From Anaerolineae bacterium (GTDB taxonomy: Bacteria > Chloroflexota > Anaerolineae > Epilineales > JAHCIE01): a DNA stretch of 64,000 nucleotides. Under the pieces are notes generated by a model. The model was not told the DNA's origin and searched no databases. It saw nothing but the letters and a program-made list of their open reading frames with translations. This document shows, piece by piece, positions 26,444 to 34,572 of the stretch. The stretch covers positions 13,766-77,765 of the forward strand of contig JAHCIP010000001.1 of NCBI GenBank assembly GCA_026129165.1, in the 5' to 3' direction. Both the position numbers and the translations under genes were made by a program. Position 1 is the first letter of the stretch, and each line of letters opens with the position of its first letter.

Positions 26444-27814
26444 ATGTTGGTGACCACATCGCTACGTTCAGTCCCTAGCCGCCGCAGCCGGTTTGCGCTC
26501 GATATTGCGCTTGAAGTCCAGCGCCAGGGAACCCTCAAGTTCTTTGAATCCACATGGCGCCGCTATGGCGATCTGGCGCGGCTCCAGATTGGCCCGCAGG
26601 CTATCTTTTTGGCTGTGCATCCCGACCATGTTCGCCGCATCAATGTGGATCAACGTGACATCTATGGCAAGTACGCCAGCTACGAAGACGTGCGCAGGTT
26701 GTTGCTAGGCGATGGGTTGGTGGGCAGCAATGGCGCGTTATGGCGTCGGCAGCGCAAGTTGATGGCTCCCTTTTTCACCCCACGGGCCGTGGAAACGTAC
26801 TTGCCGATTATTGTGGAGGATGGCGCCTGGTTCCGCGAGCGCTGGGATGCAGCAGCTCGACGTGGCGAACCGCTGGACATGCTCACCGAAATGTCGGTGC
26901 TGACCGCCTCGATCATCTTGAAAAGCATGTTCAGCACGGAAGCGACCGACACCATTGACTGGGTCAAAGGCGCGGTTGAGACCATGATCGGGTTTGTCTC
27001 AAGCCGCCAGATGAACCCGCTTCACGCGCCGCTGTGGGTCCCGACGCCTCGCAATCGTGCCTACCTCGAGGCCCGCACCCGCGTTCACGACTACATCCAG
27101 GGCATCATCAGGCAGCGCCGCGCGCAACCACCCGACAGCTGGCCGAATGATCTGCTGTCGCGCTTGATGCAAGCGCGCGATGACGAGACGGGCGAGCCAA
27201 TGTCTGATTCACTGCTGCGCGATGAATCCATCACCATCTTTTTTGCCGGCCACGAGACCACCGCCCGAACCCTCGCGTTCTTGTGGTATGCTTTAGCCGA
27301 GCATCCAGACGTTGCCGCACGGCTGCACACCGAGATTGATACGGTGCTCAGGGATGATGCGCCGACGCTTGACCATCTCAAACAACTTCCCTATACGCTG
27401 CAAGTGATCAAGGAAACCCTGCGCTTATATCCGGCCGCCCCGATGTATGCGCGTGACGCGGCGGCGCCCGACATTATTGATGGCGTACCTGTGCCGGTCG
27501 GCGCACGGATGATCGTGATGCCCTACCTCACGCACCGCCATCCCGATTTCTGGCCCGACCCGCTACGATTCGACCCTGACCGATGGCGCCCGGAGCAGGA
27601 AGCCGCGCGCCACCGCTATGCGTACCACCCATTTGCGGCGGGGCAGCGCATATGCATTGGGAATAACTTCTCATTGTTCGAATCCCATCTCCTGGTGGCT
27701 ATGCTGGCCCGCCACTTTGTGCTACGTAGGGCGCCAGGCCACACGCCCCAGTTGTGGATGGACGGCACGCTTGGGTCACGCAATGGCTTGCCCATGCTGG
27801 TGGCGCGGCGATGA
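26444..27814 (+). CDS. Cytochrome P450
   Basis: 456 aa. I-helix AGHETT, ExxR (ETLRLYP), heme loop HPFAAGQRICIGNNFSLFE (FxxGxRxCxG). Confidence 0.9.
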   Translation: MLVTTSLRSVPSRRSRFALDIALEVQRQGTLKFFESTWRRYGDLARLQIGPQAIFLAVHPDHVRRINVDQRDIYGKYASYEDVRRLLLGDGLVGSNGALWRRQRKLMAPFFTPRAVETYLPIIVEDGAWFRERWDAAARRGEPLDMLTEMSVLTASIILKSMFSTEATDTIDWVKGAVETMIGFVSSRQMNPLHAPLWVPTPRNRAYLEARTRVHDYIQGIIRQRRAQPPDSWPNDLLSRLMQARDDETGEPMSDSLLRDESITIFFAGHETTARTLAFLWYALAEHPDVAARLHTEIDTVLRDDAPTLDHLKQLPYTLQVIKETLRLYPAAPMYARDAAAPDIIDGVPVPVGARMIVMPYLTHRHPDFWPDPLRFDPDRWRPEQEAARHRYAYHPFAAGQRICIGNNFSLFESHLLVAMLARHFVLRRAPGHTPQLWMDGTLGSRNGLPMLVARR

Positions 27815-27881
27815 GGCGTTCCAGTACAGAACATCTACGCACCGGTCTCAAATAGACTGATACTAGACGAAGGGGAGTGGT

Positions 27882-29129
27882 ATGGGCCTGACACTGTCGG
27901 AGAAGATTATTTCGGCCCACGCGGGCAAGACGGTCCGCGCGGGCGACATCGCCATTGTAGATGTGGACGGAGTGATGGCGACGGACGCCGGCGGGCCGCT
28001 GGCCGTCAAGGCGTTTCGGGAGATGGGCGGGACGCGACCCTGGCGGCCGGACCGCGTGTCGCTGGTCCTGGACCACGCTGCCCCCGCGCCCACCGAAACC
28101 ATCAGCAACCTCCATAAGATGCTGCGCGACTTCGCGCGGGAGACGGGCTGCCACTTCTATGACATCGGCATGGGCATCTGCCACCAGTTGATGGTCGAGA
28201 ACCAGCACGTCAGGCCCGGCGACCTGTTCCTGGGCGCCGACTCGCACACACCGACCTACGGCGCGTTGGGCGCGTTCGCCATCGGTGTCGGCTCGACGGA
28301 CATGGCGGCGGTCATGTTTACCGGCAAAACGTGGCTAAAAGTCCCCAAGACGGTCAAGATTGTCCTCCATGGCCGGCTGCGGCCTGGCACGGTCGCCAAA
28401 GACCTGATTCTCTATCTCGTGGGCCAGGTCGGCGGCGATGGCGCGAACTACCAGACCGTCGAGTTCACCGGCGAGGCAGTGCGGCCCATGACGCTGGCGA
28501 GCCGCATGGTCTTGGCGAATATGGCGGCCGAGATGGGGGGCAAGGCGGCGCTGGTGGACATGACCGACCTGGAATTGCCCTACCCCTTCGAGCCGCTGTT
28601 CCCCGACCCCGACGCCGAGTACAGCCAGACCCTCGAGGTGGATGTGTCGCACTTGCGGCCCATGATCAGCCGGCCGCACTCGCCCTCAGACGCCGTGCCC
28701 ATTGACGAGGTGGCCGGTCAGCGCGTGGACTACGCCTTCCTCGGCTCGTGCACCAATGCCCGGCTGGAGGACCTCCACGCGGCGGCGGCTGTCCTGAAGG
28801 GCAAGCGTATCGCGCCGACGGTCCGCCTGCTCATCGCGCCTGCCTCGAAACGCATCTTCAATGAAGCCATGCGCGACGGAACGCTGGAGACGCTGTCGGA
28901 GGCCGGAGCGGCCTTCCTGACGTCAGGCTGTGGGCCGTGCGTCGGGTCACATCTGGGCGTACCAGGCAATGGTGAGGTCGTCATCTCCAGCACCAACCGC
29001 AACTTCAAGGGGCGCATGGGCAACCCCAACGCCCTCATCTACCTCGGCTCGCCCGCGGTGGTCGCGGCCTCGGCGCTCACGGGCGTGATTACCGACCCGG
29101 CGACGGTGGTGGATGGGGAGGCGCTATGA
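27882..29129 (+). CDS. leuC: 3-isopropylmalate / homoaconitate dehydratase large subunit (archaeal-type short LeuC/HacA)
   Basis: 415 aa. Aconitase-family motifs (GICHQ, DSHT, CTNARLEDL, SGCGPCVG). 4-bp overlap with the small-subunit gene. Confidence 0.8.
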   Translation: MGLTLSEKIISAHAGKTVRAGDIAIVDVDGVMATDAGGPLAVKAFREMGGTRPWRPDRVSLVLDHAAPAPTETISNLHKMLRDFARETGCHFYDIGMGICHQLMVENQHVRPGDLFLGADSHTPTYGALGAFAIGVGSTDMAAVMFTGKTWLKVPKTVKIVLHGRLRPGTVAKDLILYLVGQVGGDGANYQTVEFTGEAVRPMTLASRMVLANMAAEMGGKAALVDMTDLELPYPFEPLFPDPDAEYSQTLEVDVSHLRPMISRPHSPSDAVPIDEVAGQRVDYAFLGSCTNARLEDLHAAAAVLKGKRIAPTVRLLIAPASKRIFNEAMRDGTLETLSEAGAAFLTSGCGPCVGSHLGVPGNGEVVISSTNRNFKGRMGNPNALIYLGSPAVVAASALTGVITDPATVVDGEAL

Positions 29130-29623
29130 AGACGCTTAGCGGACACGCGCATGTCTACGGCGACAACATTGATACCGACCGCATTATCCCCGGCAAGTAC
29201 ACCAAGACGCTGGACCTGAGCCAGTTGGCGGCGCATGTCATGGAAGACCTGGACCCCCAATTCAGCCGGACGGTGCGGCCAGGCGACATCCTGGTGGCCG
29301 GACAGAACTTCGGCTGCGGCTCGTCGCGCGAGCAGGCCCCCGTCGCGCTCAAGGCGGCGGGCATCACCGTCGTCGTCGCCAAATCCTTCGCCCGTATCTT
29401 CTACCGTAACGCCATCAACATTGGGCTACCGGTGGTCGAAGTCGAGGACCATGCCATCGCGCCGGGCGCGACGGTGACGGTGGATCTGGAGGGCGGGACA
29501 GTCACGGACGAGGCGACCGGTCAAGCCTACCGCGCGACCCAGATGCCCCAGCAGATGATTGATATTCTGGCCGAGGGCGGGCTGGTGAACTATCTGGCCA
29601 AGTACGGCGGGTACAGGGAGTAG
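29126..29623 (+). CDS. leuD: 3-isopropylmalate / homoaconitate dehydratase small subunit (LeuD-type)
   Basis: 165 aa. VYGDNIDTDRIIPGKY, GQNFGCGSSREQAP motifs of the aconitase swivel domain. Confidence 0.8.
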   Translation: MKTLSGHAHVYGDNIDTDRIIPGKYTKTLDLSQLAAHVMEDLDPQFSRTVRPGDILVAGQNFGCGSSREQAPVALKAAGITVVVAKSFARIFYRNAINIGLPVVEVEDHAIAPGATVTVDLEGGTVTDEATGQAYRATQMPQQMIDILAEGGLVNYLAKYGGYRE

Positions 29624-29648
29624 GGATTAAAGAATAGGGAGTGGGAAG

Positions 29649-30113
29649 ATGACAGACAAACAGGCGGCGGGTTTGCCGTCGCTGGTAGGGCTGAACCACG
29701 TGGGATTTGGGGTGCGCGACCTGGACGCGGCGGTGGCCTTCTGCCAGGACGTGCTGGGGTTGGAACTCGAACAGCGCATCCGCATCGAGTCGCCGGGCGA
29801 CGATAAGATGGCGCGCTGGTTCGATGTCGCGCCAGGGTCGGTGGTGCAGGGCGCGTTCCTCCGCCTGCCCGATGGCAGCCGCATAGAGTTGGTGGAGTGG
29901 CAGTCTCCAGAGCCGACCGAGACGACCATGCCCCGCAACACCGACGCCGCGGGGCGCCACCTGGCGATGAGCGTGACCGACCTGGACGCGGCCGTCGCCT
30001 ATCTCAAGGCCCAGCCGGGGGTGCGCGTGATGGAGGTTCACCCGCGCGGCTTCGCCTACTTCGAGACACCCTTTGGCATGTACATCCAGATGGTGGCGGT
30101 CACGAAGGGGTAG
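29649..30113 (+). CDS. VOC-family (glyoxalase/bleomycin-resistance/dioxygenase fold) protein
   Basis: 154 aa. LNHVGFGVRDLDAAVAFCQDVLG... paired beta-alpha-beta-beta-beta modules; HLAMSVTDLDAAVAYL. Confidence 0.7.
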   Translation: MTDKQAAGLPSLVGLNHVGFGVRDLDAAVAFCQDVLGLELEQRIRIESPGDDKMARWFDVAPGSVVQGAFLRLPDGSRIELVEWQSPEPTETTMPRNTDAAGRHLAMSVTDLDAAVAYLKAQPGVRVMEVHPRGFAYFETPFGMYIQMVAVTKG

Positions 30114-30120
30114 ACCTACT

Positions 30121-30480
30121 ATGGACTCGACGCTTGAGGTTATCGACCAGTTCAACGGAGCGTTCAACCGCCACGACGTAGACGCCATTATGGCCTTGAT
30201 GACCGAGGATTGCGTCTTCGAGAACACCTTCCCCGCGCCGGACGGGGAACGCTATGTCGGGCAGGCGGCGGTGCGGGGCTTCTGGGAACGTCTCTTCGCG
30301 GCTTCGCCCGATGCCGTCTTCGAGGCCGAGGCCGTCGTAGCGTGTGACGAGTACGCCATCCACCGCTGGCGGTATCGCTGGGGCGGCGACAGCCCGGACG
30401 CGGGCCATGTGCGCGGGGTGGACATCTTCCGCGTCCGCGACGGCAAGGTGGCCGAGAAGCTATCCTACGTGAAAGGCTAA
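30121..30480 (+). CDS. SnoaL-like / NTF2-fold small protein
   Basis: MDSTLEVIDQFNGAFNRHDVDAIMALMTEDCVFE... pattern typical of SnoaL_2 / ketosteroid-isomerase-like proteins. About 119 aa. Confidence 0.6.
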   Translation: MDSTLEVIDQFNGAFNRHDVDAIMALMTEDCVFENTFPAPDGERYVGQAAVRGFWERLFAASPDAVFEAEAVVACDEYAIHRWRYRWGGDSPDAGHVRGVDIFRVRDGKVAEKLSYVKG

Positions 30481-30548
30481 GGCCAGGACACCCGCTACGA
30501 CGCCAAGCGTGTCCCACACTGGCGACCTACGCCCCGCCATAGACGCTG

Positions 30549-32075
30549 CTACACCGTCGCGTAGAGACTATCCACGACCGCATCTATCTCCGCGTCGAGC
30601 AGCTCACCCGCCAGCCGGCGCGTGACCAGCGCCACTAGAGCCGCCGCGCCCTCCGTCAGACGCCCTTCTGCATCCCAGAGCCAGGGGACGGGCAACTGGC
30701 GCAGCGCGGCGATGTGAACCTGGGGGAAGACCGCGCGCGTCTCCTGAAACCGGGCGCGGTAGACCTCGCGCAGCAAACGCGAGTTGAGCAGGCCGAGCAG
30801 ATAGAGTAGGGTATCGCGCCGCCCATCACGCGCGTGGGCGCAATGGACCGAGTTGAGGGCGACCACGCCTTGCTCGTCCAGGGCGAAGACCAGCGTGTCG
30901 GCTGTCTGTCGGCTGACGAGCTTGGGGGGCGCGAAGACCGCCGGCCGACGGAGCGAAGCCCCCCGCTGTTTGAGGTCCGGCGTCAGACAAGCCGGGTCAT
31001 AGTGGATGACATCGCGCGTCGGCAAGACGCGGTAGGGTGTGACGTGACGCCCCTCGATGACGGGACGCCACGTCGGCTGTGGGGGACCGGGGGGGTTAAT
31101 CAGCCGCGCACGGCCCTCGGCTGGCCCAGGGTTTACCCCGTCGCGGACCTCGGCCAGTTGGTCGAGTGGAACGGCCCTCTGCCAGACCCGGTCGCGTAAG
31201 TCAGCCTGTTCCCCTGACCCACCGCGCAGCCACGGCTGCTCGGCCCGCCGCGCCAGGTCCTCCCGGCTCACCACGACTTCAGCCAGCGGCTGGTCCGCCG
31301 TCAATCCCTCGGTCGTGGCAAAGGTGCGGAAAACGGTCGCCCCCTCTCCCGGCCCCACGACCACCACCAGGGGGCGCACCGTCGCCTCGTCAAAGACCGT
31401 GAAGTCCAGCCAATCCACCGCCCGCAGACCCCCCATCACCACGGCACGCCGCATGGAGGCGTAGGAGGCGTTCAGACCCAGCGTGTCGGGCACGATGAGC
31501 GCGGCGACGCCAGTGGGCCGCCGGTGGTACAGCGCCAGCGCCAGGAAGAACAGGAACAGATTGCGCCGCCCGCCCACCACGTCCCCGTAGCGAGCCGTCA
31601 GCGCGGCCTCGACTGCCGGCGCAGGCTTGCGCGACTCACGCGCATAGAACGACACATAGGGCGGGTTAGCGAGGAGAATGTCGCAGGCGGGGAGGACTGC
31701 CCCATCGAGAAGCGCGTCAGCGCAGAGCACATTGGCGGCCAGGTCGGTATCGGGATGGGTAGGCGCTTCGGGACCGAGCGCTTCCCGCAGTAAGACGCGG
31801 CGCGTCTGTTCCACAGCTGATAGGTCAATGTCCACCCCGAAGATGGAGGCTCGCAGTCGGGCCAGCCGTTCCTCCACCGTCAGGGGCCGACCCCGCTGGG
31901 CGGCTTCGTCGTCCAGCAAGCGCCGATAGGCTGCGACCAGGAATATCCCAGCGCCACAGGCGGGGTCCAGGACACGCGGCGGCCCCTCGCCCGCCCAGGC
32001 CGCCCACGCCCGCCTTAGCATGTGACGCACGATGGGCAGCGGCGTGTAATAGACCCCCTGCCGTCTATTCCCCAT
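30549..32075 (-). CDS. N6-adenine-specific DNA methyltransferase, gamma-class (TaqI/Eco57I-like) with C-terminal TaqI_C-like target-recognition domain. No cognate endonuclease detected.
   Basis: 508 aa. Motif I VLDPACGAGIFLVAA. Motif IV LANPPYVSF (NPPY). Preceding YYTPLPIVRHML typical of Eco57I-family MTases. C-terminal LVFALDEQGVVALNSVHC...LLGLLNSRLL resembles the TaqI C-terminal TRD. Confidence 0.8.
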   Translation of the reverse strand: MGNRRQGVYYTPLPIVRHMLRRAWAAWAGEGPPRVLDPACGAGIFLVAAYRRLLDDEAAQRGRPLTVEERLARLRASIFGVDIDLSAVEQTRRVLLREALGPEAPTHPDTDLAANVLCADALLDGAVLPACDILLANPPYVSFYARESRKPAPAVEAALTARYGDVVGGRRNLFLFFLALALYHRRPTGVAALIVPDTLGLNASYASMRRAVVMGGLRAVDWLDFTVFDEATVRPLVVVVGPGEGATVFRTFATTEGLTADQPLAEVVVSREDLARRAEQPWLRGGSGEQADLRDRVWQRAVPLDQLAEVRDGVNPGPAEGRARLINPPGPPQPTWRPVIEGRHVTPYRVLPTRDVIHYDPACLTPDLKQRGASLRRPAVFAPPKLVSRQTADTLVFALDEQGVVALNSVHCAHARDGRRDTLLYLLGLLNSRLLREVYRARFQETRAVFPQVHIAALRQLPVPWLWDAEGRLTEGAAALVALVTRRLAGELLDAEIDAVVDSLYATV

Positions 32076-32613
32076 TCCCTATGCCTTCGTCTTCCTCCAA
32101 CCCCAACGCCATGAGATAACCACGCGCCCGTTCGGTCAGGGGGTAGCGGTTGACCAGTTTCCAGAAGGCGGGTGAGTGGTTGGCCTGTTCCAGGTGCGCC
32201 AGTTCGTGCACCAGGACATAGTCACGCACCCAGGCCGGCATCTTGGCGACACGGTCGCTGATGCGAATCGTCCCCAGGCCGGGGGTGCAGCTGCCAAACC
32301 GTTTCGCCTGATTGGTGACGTAGCTGATGCTCGTCCAGCGCAGGCGGCCGCCAAAGTAGCGCTGGTTCAACTCCTGAGCACGCCGAGCCAGGTCGTCGTC
32401 GCTGACCCGCAGCGACCGTTCGGCCCGCCGCTGGAGGCGCTGCGTCAACTTTTCCACGATAGGCTTCAGGTCGGCCTCGCTGATCCCCTGCGGGGCCAGG
32501 ATTTCGATGCTTCCGTCCGGGAGCGGGCGCGCGCTGACCGTACGCTGGCGGCGCTTACTATAGTTGACTTTAATAGTAGGCGGTGTGGAAGTAGGTGGCT
32601 GAGAGCGTGGCAT
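32065..32613 (-). CDS. DUF45 / YgjP-like zinc-dependent hydrolase (annotated elsewhere as 'M48-family metallopeptidase'; WLM/SprT-like HExxH fold)
   Basis: 182 aa. YVLVHELAHLEQANHSPAFWKLV (HExxH + downstream His/Trp). Family-typical N-terminal region. 11-bp overlap with the MTase start. Confidence 0.75.
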   Translation of the reverse strand: MPRSQPPTSTPPTIKVNYSKRRQRTVSARPLPDGSIEILAPQGISEADLKPIVEKLTQRLQRRAERSLRVSDDDLARRAQELNQRYFGGRLRWTSISYVTNQAKRFGSCTPGLGTIRISDRVAKMPAWVRDYVLVHELAHLEQANHSPAFWKLVNRYPLTERARGYLMALGLEEDEGIGNGE

Positions 32614-32727
32614 GACCCAAGTATAGCACAGCGTGGGCCAAATCGCCGGCTCGAACGCTCGTTCTTGACGGCGGCACGCGCCCTGCTATACTTTGACTAT
32701 CAACGTCGCTACCCAGGAGAGACATCC

Positions 32728-33090
32728 ATGCCAACATTAACCATCGAGGGCCGCGGCGCGGTCGAGGTTCCGTCAGACAAGCGGCTGGTGCGGGCCATTG
32801 AGGACAGCGGCGTGCCGATCCTGCACCGCTGTGGCGGCAACGCCCGCTGCACCACCTGTCGCGTCGAGTTTATCGCTGGTGAGCCGGACACGATGACGGA
32901 GGCAGAGTATAACAAGCTCAAGGATCGCGGCCTGCTCGGCCAGGTCCGCCTGTCGTGCCAGAGCCTGTGCCACCACGACATGACTGTCCGCCCCTTGATG
33001 ACGATGGACAACCAGGACGTGTCCGACCCCGGTCCCACGCCCGAAGCCTATATCACGCCCGACCCGGTCTGGGGGCCGTGGCCGCGCTGA
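32728..33090 (+). CDS. 2Fe-2S ferredoxin (plant/adrenodoxin-type fold)
   Basis: 120 aa from ATG 32728 (RBS AGGAGAG upstream). Cys ligand pattern HRCGGNARCTTCRV...(~30 aa)...SCQ typical of 2Fe-2S ferredoxins. Confidence 0.7.
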   Translation: MPTLTIEGRGAVEVPSDKRLVRAIEDSGVPILHRCGGNARCTTCRVEFIAGEPDTMTEAEYNKLKDRGLLGQVRLSCQSLCHHDMTVRPLMTMDNQDVSDPGPTPEAYITPDPVWGPWPR

Positions 33091-33119
33091 GCGACCTTTC
33101 TAACTGCTTGTCCGAGTGA

Positions 33120-33149
33120 CCTCCCGAAGGTTCGGCAACCTTCGGGAGG
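33120..33149. repeat. Perfect palindromic element CCTCCCGAAGGTT-cggc-AACCTTCGGGAGG (copy 1 of 2 in window)
   Basis: 13-bp perfect stem between ferredoxin stop (33090) and FAD-oxidoreductase start (33162). Identical stems recur at 46953-46982. Confidence 0.85.
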
Positions 33150-33161
33150 TTGGAGCCACGT

Positions 33162-34472
33162 ATGCCTGACCCGAACCATTATCAGGTCATTATCGTGGGC
33201 GGCCGACCGGCCGGCGCGACACTGGCCGCCCGCCTGGGCCAGGCCGGACTGCGCGTTCTCCTGCTCGAACGGACGACGCTGCCCAGCCGGCCCGCCGTGT
33301 CCTCGCCCGCCATCTATGCCTGTACCATGCGGCTGCTGGACGAGATCGGCGCTGATGAGGCAGACTATGCCCGCCAGACGCCGAAGCTGCGCCGGTGGGT
33401 CTACGAGATCCGCGACGACTTCCGCACTGTCAACCAGGTGCCAGAAGTGTGGGGCCGCGACTATGGCTACGCCATTGACCGCGCTCGCTTCGACGACGCC
33501 CTGTGGCGGCTCGCCGCCCGCAGCCCTAGCGTCACCGCCCGCCAGGGCTTCAGCGTAACCGACCTGCTGTGGGAGGGCGAGCGGGTGGCCGGGGTAGTCG
33601 GCAAGGCAGCCGGCGGCGGGGAGGAACGCTTCACGGGCGACCTGGTGGTCGGCGCGGATGGGCGCTTCAGTCTCGTCGCGGCTAAGGTCAAGGCTGCCAG
33701 CCACGACGTCCGAACCGACCTGCCCACCAGCCTGTACTACGCCTACTGGCGCGGCGTCGAGTCGTATGATGGGACTGGCCCCTGTGTTCAAATCTACGGC
33801 CCCGGCTACGGCCTCGGCTTCCTGCTCATGGACAGCGCGGATGACACCTGCGCTGTCGTCACCGAGGGCCAGTCGGCGGTGCTGGACCCAGACCAGCGCG
33901 GCGGGGCCGAGGCGATGTATATGGGGCTGCTGCAACAGCATCCGCAGCTCTGGCGGCGGCTCAAACATGCCGAGCGCGTGACGACGGTGCGCGGCATGAA
34001 GAAGGTCGGCAACCTGTACCGCCAGGCGGGCGGGCCAGGCTGGGCGCTGGTCGGCGACGCCTATCACCAGGTGGACCCCATAGACGGCCAGGGCGTCTTC
34101 GACGCGGTATTTACAGCGCGGGTGTTAGCCCAGGCCATTCTGGCCTACACGCGCGGCGAGCAGACCTGGCCCCAGGCCCTGGCCGCCTACGATACGGAGG
34201 CGCGCGCCGAGACCTTCCCGATGTACCGCGAGACGCTGAACCGGGTCCAGCGCGAGTTGTACACGCGCCACTCGGACTGGGCCTTCAAGACCTGGTTACG
34301 CTGGATCAGTCAGGACCCGGTCTACAAGCGCCGCCTGGCCCTGCTCATCACGCGGGGCATCCCGGCCGAGGGCTGGCTGCCGTCGTCCGTGTTCTTTGGG
34401 GCGCTGGCGCGGGGCGCGTGGGGCGACGTCAAACGCCTCTGGCGGCGCGACGAGCCGGCCCTCGCGTCGTGA
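33162..34472 (+). CDS. FAD-dependent oxidoreductase / monooxygenase (geranylgeranyl-reductase / UbiH-like fold)
   Basis: 437 aa from ATG 33162 (ORF track used upstream TTG). YQVIIVGGRPAGATLAARLGQAGLRVLLLER dinucleotide-binding motif, GD motif (LVVGADGRFS), later GDA.H motif (ALVGDAYHQVDP). Confidence 0.75.
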   Translation: MPDPNHYQVIIVGGRPAGATLAARLGQAGLRVLLLERTTLPSRPAVSSPAIYACTMRLLDEIGADEADYARQTPKLRRWVYEIRDDFRTVNQVPEVWGRDYGYAIDRARFDDALWRLAARSPSVTARQGFSVTDLLWEGERVAGVVGKAAGGGEERFTGDLVVGADGRFSLVAAKVKAASHDVRTDLPTSLYYAYWRGVESYDGTGPCVQIYGPGYGLGFLLMDSADDTCAVVTEGQSAVLDPDQRGGAEAMYMGLLQQHPQLWRRLKHAERVTTVRGMKKVGNLYRQAGGPGWALVGDAYHQVDPIDGQGVFDAVFTARVLAQAILAYTRGEQTWPQALAAYDTEARAETFPMYRETLNRVQRELYTRHSDWAFKTWLRWISQDPVYKRRLALLITRGIPAEGWLPSSVFFGALARGAWGDVKRLWRRDEPALAS

Positions 34473-34572
34473 TGAAAGGCTGTTTGTCTGTTAAAGGATA
34501 GTTTCGACTGTCACCCTGAGCCGAAGGCGAAGGGTCTCGCTTGACTAGACAAGATGCTTCGCTTCGCTCAGC

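Noticed and set aside
33150-33161. TTG start (MEPR...) for the FAD oxidoreductase used by the ORF track
   Set aside because: It would start inside the palindromic repeat element; the ATG at 33162 gives an N-terminus (MPDPNHYQVIIVGG) that places the Rossmann motif at the canonical distance.
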